From Mobula hypostoma (taxonomy: Eukaryota), in contig NC_086097.1 in the NCBI RefSeq assembly GCF_963921235.1, positions 241,430,001 to 241,494,000 on the forward strand: a stretch of DNA of 64,000 bases, given 5' to 3'. Position numbers and translations under genes: made by a program. A model generated the notes under the pieces. The model was not told the DNA's origin and did not search any database. It saw only the letters and a program-made list of their open reading frames with translations. This document shows, one piece after another, positions 34,795-46,814 of the stretch; the first letter of the stretch is position 1; each line of letters opens with the position of its first letter.

Positions 34795-35825
34795 GACCAT
34801 AAGGCTTAGGGGCAGAAATTAGGCCATTTGGCCCATCAGGTCTGCTCCGCTATTCAATCATGGCTGATCCGTTTTTCCCTCCTCCTACAACCCAGTTCCC
34901 AGTCTTCTCCCTGTAACCTTTGATGCCATGTCCAATCAAGAATCTATCAATCTCTGTCCTAAATACACCCAATGACCTGTCCTCCACAGCTGCCTGGGGT
35001 AACAAATTCCACAGATTCACCACCTTCTGGCTGAAGAAATTTCTCCGCATCTCTGTTTTGAATATAGTGACCATAAGCGGGAGACATAGCAACATGAGGG
35101 TCCTACCAAAGGGTCTCAGTGCGAAATGTCAACTGTGTATTCTTTTTCCATAGATGCTGCCTGGCCTGCTGAGTTCCTCCAGCATTTTGTGTGTTTTGCT
35201 TGGATTTCCAGGATCTGCAGATTTCTGCTTGTTTATGAGTGTATTACTAGCCCTTCTTAGCCATTTTCCTAAATTCACTTTTGACTTCTTTTCTCATCTC
35301 AGGTTTGCTATAAGATTATAAGACATAGAAGAATTTTGCCCATCAAGTGTGCTCCATCATTCGATCATGGCAGATATATTTTCACCCTCAACGTCATTCT
35401 CCTGCCTTCTCCCTATAATCTTTGATACCCTTACTAATCAAGAACCAATCAACCTCTGCTTTAAATAAATCCAATGACATGACCTCCTCAGCTGTCAGTG
35501 GCAATGAATCCCCCAGATTCATCACCCTTGTGTATATGATATTTCAATAATATTTGAGTAGTCTTGTATATATAATTGTTTAATTAAGCATGCTTATTCA
35601 TTTAAATAATTAATTATGGGTTATATGTAAAAATATGTTAATTACATACATCATCATGCCACCAACCAGGTGATACGTGTGTGCCTGCTTAAAAGTAAAC
35701 TTGAACTACCACAGTTTTTTGGACTCCTTGCAGCTTTGTTTGAATTAATTTAAAGTTTTGAAGTTACAAAACACAGCAATTTCCCTCTGTCGAAATAAAT
35801 TCCTCACCGTCTATGTTCTAAAGAG
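34795..35825. mobile_element. Cluster: CR1 3' ends (34795-35065 and 35310-35825, -) and a Penelope pLTR (35095-35235, +)
   Basis: RNFFSQKVVNLWN motif; pLTR gatgctgcctggcctgctgagttcctccagc. Confidence 0.75.
35529..35778 (+). mobile_element. Solo LTR related to the Gypsy LTR at 31590-31848
   Basis: Shared blocks tttaaataatt..gggttatatg, aaagtaaa, ggactcc, tttgaattaatttaa..tttgaagtta.aaaaca; interrupts a CR1 tail. Confidence 0.7.
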
Positions 35826-38800
35826 AGTGATAGTGCTAAGGATGAGGTAGTTGGATTACAACAAAGGCAAAGTATAGAGAGACTCCTCGCAAGGAGAGAC
35901 TGGTGATAGGAAAAATTTGCCGTCAACAAGATGAGCTGCAATGTAAAAGACAGGCAAAACCAAACAGGTTGAATACAGGGCTGAAGGTGTTGTATTTGAA
36001 TGCGCAGAGTATATGGAATAACGCAGATGAACTCGTAGCACAGTTACAGATTGGCATGTATGATGTTGTAGGCATCACTGAATCATGGCCGAAAGAAGAT
36101 TATAGCTGGGAGCTTAACGCCCAAGGATACACGTTGTATCGAGAGGACAGGCAGGTAGGCAGAGGCTTTGGAATGGCTCTGTTGGTAAAAAATAAAGTGA
36201 AATCAAATCATTAGAAACAGGTGACATAGGGTCAGAAGGTGGGATAGAGCTAAGGAACAGCGAGAGTAAAAAGACCCCGACGGGTGTTAGATACAGACCC
36301 CCAAACAGTAGCAAGGATGTTGTCTACAAATTACAATGGGATATAAAAAATGCAAGCCAAAAGGGCAAGGTTACAATAGTAATGGTGGATTTCAATATGC
36401 AGGAAAATCAAGTTGGTGCTGGATTCCAGGAGGGGTAATTTCTAGAATGCCTACAAGATGGCTTTTTAGAGCAGCTCGTGGTTGAGTCCACTAAGGGATC
36501 AGCTACTCTAGATTGGATGTTGTGCATGAACTGGAATTGATTAGAAAAGAAGAAGATGAAGTCAGCTGAATCAGTATTACAGTGGAGTAAAGAGAATTCC
36601 AGAGGCATGAGAGAGGAGTTGGCCAAAATTGATTGGAAAAGAACACTGGTGAACACTGAACACTGATTGACAGCAGTGCAGCAATGGCTGGAATTTCTGG
36701 AAGCCATTTGGAAGGCACAGGATATATACATTCCAAAAACGAAGAAGTATTCTAAAGGAAAGATGACACAACCGTGGCTAAAAGGAGAAGTCAAAACCAA
36801 CGTAAAAGCTAAAGAGAAGGCAGATAATAGAGCAAAGATTAGAGGGAAGTTAGAAGATCGGGAAGCTTTTGAAAACCAACAGAAGGCAACTAAAAAGTCA
36901 TGAAGAAGGAAAAGGTGAAATACAAAAGTTAGCTAGCCAATAATATTAAAGAGGATACCAAAATACATAAAGTGTAAAAGAGATGTGAGAGTAGATATTG
37001 GACTGCTGGAAAACAATGCTGGAGAGGTGGTAATGGGGGACAAGGAAATGGCAGATGAACTGAATAAGTATTTTGCATTGGCCTTCACTGTGGAAGGCAC
37101 TTGCAATATGTTGGAAGTTCAATAGTGTCAAGGGTCGAAAGTGTGTGAAATTGCCAATAACCAGGGAGAAGGTTCTTGGGAAACTGAAAGGTCTGAAGGT
37201 AAATGAGTGAAGCACCAGATGGTGTGCACCCCAGGGTTCTGAAAGAGCTGGCTGAAAAGATTGTAGGGACATTAGTAAAGATCTTTCAAGGATCACTGGA
37301 TTCTGGAATGGTTCCGGAAGACTGGAAAATTGCAAATGTCACTCCACTCTTCAAGAAGGGAAAAAGGCAAAAGGAAGGAAATTATAGGTCAGTAAGTCTG
37401 ACCACAGCGGTTGGGAAGCTGCTGGAGTCGATGGTTAAGGATGTGGTTTCAATGTACTTAGAGTCACATGATTAAAAAGGCTGTAGTCAGCATAGTTTCC
37501 TCAAGGGATAATCTTTTCTTTTATTAATTATTATTGAAAATCAACAACAGAGAAAAATACATCAAAATAATCAAGATAACATATAAACCAGGCTGAACAG
37601 TATATCAATAATAATCAAAAAACAAAGTATTAAAGCTTTTTTTTATGGAAAAAAGGAAAGAAAGAAAAAAAAGAACCCCTACTAACTAAAACAGAGAAAA
37701 CCTCCAATAACTAAAAAAAAGCGGGAAAAAAAACCATTCGGAGCACAAACCCGGAGCTATGCGCCATACAAGCTTCCATAAAAAAAGACATCAATCCGCC
37801 AACCAAATTATATAACCAAGCATCAGAAAAGAACCATCTTTATTAACTCAAGTCAAATGATAATAACGGGCAAAAGAACCCTACCTTTTCTCGAGGTCAA
37901 ATTTACCTCAAGGGATAATCTTGCCTGACAAATCTTTTGAAATTCTTTGAAGAAATAACAAGCAGGGAAAGTAACAAAGGAGAATCAGTGGATGTTGTGC
38001 ACTTGGATTTCCAGGAAACCTCTAACAAGGTGTCACGCATGAGGCTGCTTAACAAGTTTACAGGAAAAATACTAGAATGGATGAAGTAGTGGCTGATTGA
38101 CGGGTGGCTAAGAATGGGAATAAAGGGAGCCTTTACTGGTTGGCTGCCAGTGACGAATGGTGTTCGACAGGGATCTGTGTTTGGGGGTGCTTCTTTTTAC
38201 ATTATATGTGTCAATGACTTGGATGACGAAATTGATGGCTTTGTTGCAAAGTTTGCAGATGATACGAAGTTAGATGGAGGGGTGGGTAGTTTTGAGGAAG
38301 TAGAGAGTCTACAGAAAGACTTGGACAGATGAGGAGAATGGGCAGATGGAATACGCTGTCAGGAAGTGTATTGTCATGCACTTCATCAGAAGGTATAAAA
38401 GGATAGACTACTTTCTAAATGGAGAGAAAAATTTTAAAATCTGAGTGCTTGGGCAGGATTCCCTAAAGGCTAATTTGCAGTTTGACTCAGTGGTCAGAAA
38501 GTCAAATGTGATACTGCTGTTCTTTTCAAGAGAACTAAAATATAAAAGCAAGGATGCAATGTTGAGGCTTTATAAAGCTCTGGTAAGGCATCACTTGGAG
38601 TATTGTGAGCAGTTTTGGGCCCCTTATCTTAGAATGAGTGTGCTGACACGGGAGAGGATTCAAAGGAGGTTCACAAAAATGATTCCAGGATTGAATAGCT
38701 TGTCATATGAAGAGCGTATGATGGCTCTGGGCCTGTTTTAACTAGAATTCAGAAGAATGAGGGATGAATCTCATTGAAACCTATCGAATGATGAGAGGCC

Positions 38801-39148
38801 ATGATAGAGTGGATATAGAGAGAATGTTTCCTATGGTGGGAGAGTCTAGTACAAGAGGGCACAGCCTCAGAATAGAGGGCATTATTTTAGAATGAAGATG
38901 AGGAGGAATTTCTTTAGCCAGAGAGTGATGAGTCTGTGGAATTCATTGCCACAGGCGGCTGTGGAGGCCATATGCCTTTATGTATATTTAAGGCAGAGGT
39001 TGATAGATTTTGATTGGTCAGGGCATGAAGGGATATGCGCAGAAGGCGGGAGATTGAGGCTGAGAAAAAAGGATCACCACGATAAAATGGCCAGAGCAGA
39101 TTCGATGGGCCAAATGGCCTAATTCTGCTCCTATATCTTATGGTCTTA
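35825..39148 (+). mobile_element. Decayed CR1 ORF2 (near-complete) with tail
   Basis: LYLNAQS...GITESW, PEDWKIANVTPLFKKG, KFADDTK, EYCEQFWAPYL; many stops. Confidence 0.9.
37516..37905 (-). mobile_element. L1/Tx1-type 3' end (ORF2 C-terminal remnant, T-rich UTR, A-rich tail)
   Basis: 17-bp TSD cctcaagggataatctt at 37499-37515 and 37906-37922; minus-strand AATAAA plus A-run at the left end. Confidence 0.7.
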
Positions 39149-39649
39149 TAAGGATGTGTTTATCAGTGTGAGAACACTATCTGGTGAAGTTGGTAAGTTA
39201 GAAAGAAAACAAAGGTTTACCCCTGCCACTTTCTACCCAGTCTGAGATGTTATTGCTCATTCAACGGGATGTTATGCATGAAAGGCATCCATAATAGATG
39301 AGAATACATCCGATTCAGACATAGCTAGATTCCGTGGTGAAGATTTACATGAAAACAAGAAAATAGCAGCGGGGGAAGCCTTTGGGCTCTGCAGACGTGT
39401 CCCAACATCTCATATGACTATGACTGATCTATCTTGGAAATCTGAATGGTCCAATATTACGCCGATATTCTTGGCTGAACTATGGAAAAATTCAGCCATT
39501 GGAGGTTTTCCAATACCACAAGGAATAGAATGCACCAGCGGAGAAAGGATTGAATGAGAACACTGAAAAAGGAAAAAAAAATTAAAGAATGGAATCCAAT
39601 GGTCCATGTTATTTTATTGCTCATAAAGAAACAAAACATTACATTGTAG

Positions 39650-39905
39650 GGGTGTCTTGGTAGTGTAAGTGGTTAGCACAATGCTTTACAACACCAGCAA
39701 CATGGGTTCAATTCCTAACGCGGTCTGTAAGGAGTTTGCACATTCTCCCCGTTTCGTGATCCAGTTTCCTCCCACAGTCCAAAGACAAACCGGTTGATAG
39801 GTAAATTGTCCTGTGATTTGGCAAGGGTTAAATTCGGAGTTACAGGGCAGTGTGGCTTGAAGGGCCAGAACTGCCTGTTCCACAATGTAAGTCAATAAAT
39901 AAATA
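39650..39905 (+). mobile_element. V-SINE-like element
   Basis: tggtagtgtaagtggttagcac (A-box-like), gggttcaattcc (B-box), V-domain-like core, (aaat)n tail. Confidence 0.75.
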
Positions 39906-39914
39906 AGTTACATA

Positions 39915-41368
39915 TTGGAAAAAAAGACCTTAGCAATGTGGAGGAACAGATGGTTCTTGAGGTCCATGTCCATTGATCTCTCAAGGTTGCCGTGCAAGTT
40001 GATAGGGTTGTTAAGGAGGCAGTTGTTGTATTGGACTTCAATACTCAGGGATTGAGTTCAAGAGCCGAGAGGTGATGTTGCAGTTCCATAAAGACCCAAA
40101 CACTAATCCCTCCTACCTACATCAATATATATCCCTCCCTCTTCCTTCCATCCATGTGCCTATCCAAGTGTCTCTTAAAAGCCTCTAATGTATTTGCCTC
40201 CACCACTATACTGGGCAGCACATTCCAGGCCTCCATGACTCTCTGAGTAAAAAATTTACCCCTCACATCTCCCTTGAACCTACTCCCTCTCACCTTCAAT
40301 GCACGCCCTCTGATATTAGATTTTTAACACTGGGAGACAGATACTCCCTGTCCATTCTATCTATGCCTCTCATAATCTTGCAAACCACTATTAGATCTCC
40401 CCTCAACCTCCAGCGCTCCAGAGAAAACAACTTGGCAGAGGAACTGAAGGCATATTTTGCATCAGTCTTCACAGTGGAAGACATCTGCAGTGTACTGAAT
40501 ATTCAAGAGTGTCAGGGAAGTGAAGTTTGTGTGGTGAAAATTACGACTGAGAAGGTGCTCAGGAAGATTAATGGTCTGAGGGTGGATAAATCTCCTGGAC
40601 CTGATGGAATGCACCCTCGGGTTCTGAAGGAAGTAACTGGAGAGATTGTGGGGGCATTAACAATGATCTTTCAAGAATCAATAGATTCTGGCATTATACC
40701 AGATGACTGGAAAATTGCAAATGTTACTCCACTATTTAAGAACGGTGGGAGGCAGTAGAAAGGAAACTACAGATCTGTTAGCCTGGCATCAGTAGTTGGG
40801 AAGTTGTTGGAATCGATTGTTAGGGATGAGATTATGGAATACCTGGAGGCTCATGACAAGATAGGCCAAAGCCAGCATGGTAAAATCCTGCCTGACTAAC
40901 CTATTGCAATTTTTTGAGGAAATCACAAACATTTTAATTCCACTTCCCATTCAATAGACAATAGACAATAGGTGCAGGAATAGGCCATTCAGCCCTTTGA
41001 GCCAGCACCACCATTCACTGTGATCATGGCTGATCATCCACAATCAGTATCCAGTTCCTGCCTTATCCCCATAACCTTTGATTCCGCTATCTTTAAGAGC
41101 TCTATCCATCTCTTTTTTGAAAGCATCCAGAGACTTGGCCTCCACAGCCTTCTGGGGCAGAGCATTCCATATATCCACCACTCTCTGGGTGAAAAAGTTT
41201 TTCCTCAACTCTGTTCTAAATGGCCTACCCCTAATTCTTAAACTGTGGCCTCTGGTTCTGGACTCACCCATCAGCGGGAACATGCTTCCTGCCTGCAGCG
41301 TGTCCAATCCCTTAATAATCTTATATGTTTCAGTAAGATCCCCTCTCTGCCTTCTAAATTCCAGAGTA
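39915..41368. mobile_element. Cluster of CR1 fragments (39915-40090 +, 40100-40432 -, 40433-40930 +, 40952-41368 -)
   Basis: DKSPGPDGMHPRVLKE and SRTRGHSLRIRG motifs; tail (ttgtcta)n. Confidence 0.85.
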
Positions 41369-41920
41369 TATTCACATTCCGATATGTCAATCCATGGCCT
41401 CCTCTACTGTTGCAATGAGGCCACACTCAGGTTGGAGGAACAACACCTTATATTCCATCTGGGTAGCCTCCAACCTGATACCTCAGATTTCAATTTTTCG
41501 AGCTTCCAGTAATGCCCTTCACCATTCCCCATCCCCTTTTCCCTCTCTCACCTTATCTCCTTGCCTGCCCATCGCCTCCCTCTGGTGCTCCTCTCTGCTT
41601 TTCTTTCTTCCATGGCCTTCTGTCCTCTCCTATCAGACTCCCCTTCTCCAGCCCTGTATCTCTTTCACCAGTCAACTTCCCAGTTCTTCACTTCATTCCT
41701 CTCCTTCCAGGCTTCACCTACCACCTTGTGTTTCTCCCTCCCCTCCCCCCACCTTCTAAATCTACTCCTCATCTTTATTTCTCCAGTCCTGCCGAAGGGT
41801 CTCGGCCCGAAATGTTGTGGACTGTACTTTTTTCCATAGATGCTGCCTGGCCTGCTGAGTTCCTCCAGCATTTTTGTGTGTGTTGCTTGGATTTCCAGCA
41901 TCTGCAGATTTTCTCTTGTT
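41368..41920 (+). mobile_element. Penelope 3' fragment with complete pLTR tail; mutated hammerhead at 41785-41823
   Basis: HSDMSIHGLLYCCNEATLRLEEQHLIFHLGSLQP; CUGCCGA-A-GGGUCUCGGCCC-GAAAU. Confidence 0.88.
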
Positions 41921-42669
41921 GACGAATTGTTTCAAAGTAAAGGTTGTGGTGTGTTTACTATTTAGAAAACTTATGGATTATATTCATTAACACATAATTA
42001 ATTACAGGAAATTTCACAACTATATTAATATAAATTTCAAAATTATATTAGCATAATTTGAAAATTATATTAAAGTATTTCAAGATTATATTAACATTAT
42101 AAAAAAGAAAATTCCAGGAGCACGGCAACAAAGACTATGTGTGCAGGAGCATTTCAGCTTCTGCATGGCCACGCACCCACGCAGCTTAGAGGGAACAGTG
42201 CATGGACGTGAGGTTATTGTGGTTGGCTTCCTTTGATGCATCATTCATCTATTATGGAAGGGAACTAAGCAGTGATGAAATGGCATTTCCTCAGGCAGGG
42301 CAAGCAGAGGCATGGATAGATCTTTTTGTTTTTTTGTTAAATTATCAGCTTCTCTAGATAAAAGTCCCCTCATCCATTCATACTGATAAATACATCCTTA
42401 CTCTGCCTCATTAAAGAATAATTGAAGAGACCTTCTGAAAGATTTGAAAGGCTGTCTCTTGATGTTTTACATGGAACAGTGATGGGATAACATTCAAAAT
42501 TACATTGACACTATTTCAGAAATTGTATTGCTCTGTTTTGCATAAAACCATACAGCACGATGTAGGCACTTCAGCACACAATGCTGTACCAGCCTTTTAA
42601 CCTTCTCTAAGATCAACCTAACACCTCCCTCCCACATAGATTTGTACATCTGTTCCACCTGTTTAATTT

Positions 42670-44330
42670 AGAACATAGAAACACAGAAAACCTGCAGCAT
42701 AATACAGGCCCTTCAGCCCACAAAGTTGTGCTGAACATATCCCTACCTTAGAAATTACTAGGCTTACCCATAGCCCTCTATTTTTCTAAGTTCCATGTAC
42801 CTATCCAAAAGTGTCTTAAAAGACCCTATCGTATCTGCCTCTACCACCATTGCTGGCAGCCCATTCCATGCACTCACCACTCTCTGAGTAAAAAACTTAC
42901 CCCTGACATCTCCTCTGTACGTACTCCCCAGCACCTTAAACCTGTGTCCTCTTGTGGGAACCATTTCAGCCCTGGGAAAAAGCCTCTGACAATCCACATG
43001 ATCAATACCTCTCATCATCTTATACACCTCTATCAGGTCACCTCTCATCCTCCGTCGCTCCAAGAAGAAAAGGTCAAGTTCACTCAACTTATTCTCATAA
43101 GGCATGCTCCTCAATCCAGGCGACATCCTGGTAAATCTCCTCTGCACCCTTTCTATGGTTTCCATATCCTTCCTGTAGTGAGGTGACCAGAACTGAGCAC
43201 AGTTCTCCAAGTGGGGTCTGATCACGGTCCTATACAGCTGCAACATTATCTCTCGGCTCCTAAATTCAATTCCACAGCTGATGAAGGCCAATGCACCGTA
43301 TGCCTTCTTAACCACAGAGTCAACCTGCGCAGCTACTTTGTGTGTCCTATGGACTTGGACCCCAAGATCCCTCTGATCCTCCACACTGCCAAGAGTCTTA
43401 CCATTAATACTATATTCTGCCATCATATGTGACCTACCAAAATGAACCACTTCACACTTATCTGGGTTGAACTCCATCTGCCACTTCTCAGCCCAGTTTT
43501 GTATCCTATCAATGTCCCGCTGGAACCTCTGACAGCCCTCCACACTATCCACAACACCCTGAACCTTTGTGTCATCAGCAAACTTACTAACCCATCCCTC
43601 CACTTCCTCATCCAGGTCATTTATAAAAATCCTCCACTTCCTCATCCAGGTCACTTATAAAAATCATGAAGAGTAAGGGTCCCAGAACAGATCCCTGAGG
43701 CACACCACTGGTTAAAGACCTCCGTGCAGAATATGACCCATCTACAATCACTCTTTGCCTTCTGTGGGCAAGCCAGTTCTGGATCCACAAAGCAATGTCC
43801 CCTTGGATCCCATGCCTCCTTACTTTCTCAATAAGCCTTGCATGGGGTACCTTATCAAATGCCTTGCTGAAATCCATATACACTACATAAACTGCTCTTC
43901 CTTCATCAATGTGATTAGTCATATCCTCAAAAAATTCAATCAGGCTGGTAAGGTACGACCTGCCCTTGATAAAGCCATGCTGGCTATTCCTAATCATATT
44001 ATACCTCTCCAAATATTTATAAATCCTGCCTCTCAGGATCTCCTCCATCAACTTATCAACCACTGAAGTAAGACCCACTGGTCTATAATTTCCTGGGCTA
44101 TCTCTACTCCCTTTCTTGAATAAAGGAATAACATCCGCAATCCTTCAGTCCTCCTGAACCTCTCCCATCCCCATTGATGATGCAAAGATCATCACCAGAG
44201 GCTCAGCAAAATCTTCCCTTGTCTCCCACAGTAGCCTAGGGTACAGCTCATCTGGTCCCGGCGATCTATCCAACTTGATGCTTTCCAAAAGCTCCAGCAC
44301 ATCCTCTTTCTTAATATCTACATGCTCAAC
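42670..44330 (-). mobile_element. 5'-truncated CR1 (RT), frameshifted by a 34-bp tandem duplication
   Basis: ORFs 43617-44078 and 42764-43654 carry [15 protein letters not shown] and KFADD. Confidence 0.92.
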
Positions 44331-45194
44331 CTTTATGTCCTACTTTTTACTGGGGGGAGGATATTTTTCAAGCAAAGCGGTATTACAAAGCAAACATAAA
44401 GTAAATGTTTTAATGTTCACAGATATATTGTGAGATTTTTTTCTTAGAGCATTATACCTTAAAGACATCTTAGTTCTCGTGTATTGAGATGCTATTGCTT
44501 ATTCTTTTAGGTAACTTTTGCTGAAGAATTGGGTCCCCACAAACTAACCACTGAACTGATTCTGCAACCTAGCACTCACTTTCAAGGACTCTACAATTTA
44601 CGTTGTCAGTGCTATCTATTTAATTCTGTATCTTTTTATTATTATTATTTGTTTGGTGTTTGTACAGCTTGTCTTTTTTTTTACACATCGATTCTATTGC
44701 ATTTCTTTGTTCTGCTGCGAATGGCTACATGAAAATAAACCTCAGGATTGTACACGGTGACATATACATACTTTGAAAATGAATTTACTTTGAATTTTAA
44801 CTAGGAAGTTAACATGAGGATTTGCTTTATTAGTTGACTGCGATTTTGGAGATCGAAGTTAGTTTTGCTTTTTTTGCTAAACTGAGATTATTAACTTACT
44901 GTCATTGATCCAAATTGAGGCCATTTAGCCCCTTGGGTCCATAATAATTCTCTGCAGAGCTGTCCATTACCATTTTTCACTTCCCATGGTGTTGCACCTT
45001 ATTCATTTACAGATTCAGTATGGAACAGGCCCTTCCGGCCCAGTGAGCCACAACACCCAGCAACCCACCAATTTAACCACAGGACAATTCACGGTGACCA
45101 TCCTCATCATTGTCTTTCACATGCCTCTCGATTCTGCTTTGGTCCTTCTACTGCTAGCCAGCTCAGAGAAGTAAACTACAGTAGCCAACAGTAA

Positions 45195-45331
45195 CACACA
45201 TAAAAGTTGCTGGTGAAGGCAGCAGGCCAGGCAGCACCTCTAGGAAGAGGTACAGTCGCCTGCTGCGTTCACCAGCAACTTTTACATGTGTTGTTTGAAA
45301 TTCCAGCATCTGCAGATTTCCTCCTGTTTGC
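45195..45331. mobile_element. Fold-back mini-Penelope insert
   Basis: Two inverted pLTR arms; 14-bp TSD gtagccaacagtaa at 45181-45194 and 45332-45345. Confidence 0.85.
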
Positions 45332-46249
45332 GTAGCCAACAGTAAACTACCAATTAAATAAATACTACCTAATTTAAAGGAGCAGTGCTTCTCACTTCAG
45401 ACTTCCAGAGTTGGTAGTGCCTGCAGCTGAGTCAGGTGGAATGATTCCATTTCCACAAAGGATTCTCGGTCGGGAGAACGCAGATAAAAACCTGCATAAG
45501 TTCATGCATGAGAGTGCAGACTGGGCAAAAATTGTGGCTGATCGTCACAGAATCACCTCTGAGAAAAGAAGCAAGGCAGAGGAGCATTGTGTTCTTTGTG
45601 CTGAGTCCAGACTTGCCGGTTATATTGCCTGCTGTGCCTTGGGTTTGACTTGTCATACTTGATGTTCTGATTAGCCAAAGGCTTTGAAGTTTCCACATTA
45701 AGCCTGGGCTTGTCGCATCTCTCGTGGACATTGCAATTTCTTCTAGTTTTTGTTCTGGGATTTTTTAAATCATAATCTCATAGCAGTGAACTCAACTTCA
45801 AATGCCTATATGTTTGAATTTGTATCTCTTTTTTTTTAAGAGATACAGCATAGAACAAGCCCTTCTGACAAAACAAGTGGCACCATCCAGCAACCCAATT
45901 ATTTAACCCTCGCCTAATCACAGGTGGGTTGCAGGGTGGAGATACGTCTCTACCAAAGGAGATGTAAGGTGCTCCTTCCATCTGCTAGCCTGCAGGTCAC
46001 CAATGGGCAAGCTGTAGCACCTGCTTAGCTGGTCCCCCACTCTGATCGGAGTCATGTGAGACACGGGAGCTGGTGGTGGGTGGTCCTATGAGCAGCTGGT
46101 GCATATCACAAGTTCTAGTTATGTGATCACTAATGGCTGAGGTCACCAACCTTGTAAGAACCCCTAATTGCCAGAAGAAGGAAATGGCAGACCACTTCTG
46201 TAGAAATAATTGCCAAGTAAAACTCTCCCCAAACCAGCAGTGAAAATGT

Positions 46250-46798
46250 GCAAACACGATGAATTCTGCAGATGCTAGAAATTCAAGCAACACACATCAA
46301 AGTTGCTGGTGAACGCAGCAGGCCAGGCAGCATCTCTAGGAAGAGGTACAGTCGACGTTTCGGGCCGAGACCTTTCGTCAGGACTAACTGAAAGAAGAGT
46401 TAGTAGGAGATTTGAAAGTGGGAGGGGGAGGGGGAGATCCAAAATGATAGGAGAAGACAGGAGGGGGAGGGATGGAGCCAAGAGCTGGACAGATGATTGC
46501 AAAAGGGATATGAGAGGATCATGGGATAGGAGGCCCAGGGAGAAGGAAAAGGGGGAGAGGGGGAAAAACCCAGAGGATGGGCAAGGGGTATAGTCAGAAG
46601 GACAGAAGGAGAAAAAGGGGAGAGAGAGAAAGAATGTGTGTATATAAATAAATAACGGATGGGGTACGAGGGGGAGGTGGGACATTAGCAGAAGTTTGAG
46701 AAGTCAGTGTTCATGCCATCAGGTTGGAGGCTACCCAGACAGAATATAAGGTGCTGTTCCTCCAACCTGAGTGTGGCTTCGTACCCCATCCGTTATTT
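46250..46798 (-). mobile_element. Penelope 3' fragment with pLTR and a 20-bp inverted 5' tag
   Basis: Matches 16850-17355; 46779-46798 is the reverse complement of 46650-46669. Confidence 0.9.
46350..46385 (-). ncRNA. Minimal type I hammerhead ribozyme motif (one stem II substitution)
   Basis: AGUC-CUGACGA-A-AGGU CUCG GCCC-GAAAC-GUC-GACU. Confidence 0.7.
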
Positions 46799-46814
46799 TG
46801 ATAAACTTTGATGT

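Noticed and set aside
39280..39585. Possible host exon: strong minus-strand polypyrimidine-CAG acceptor at 39563-39582 and a ~90-codon stop-free plus-strand frame
   Set aside because: No recognisable protein in any frame and no convincing donor; 39345-39435 on the minus strand resembles a decayed CR1 3' tail
45411..45731. Overlapping 83-aa and 99-aa ORFs in unique sequence
   Set aside because: No domain similarity or clear splice signals; lengths are compatible with chance
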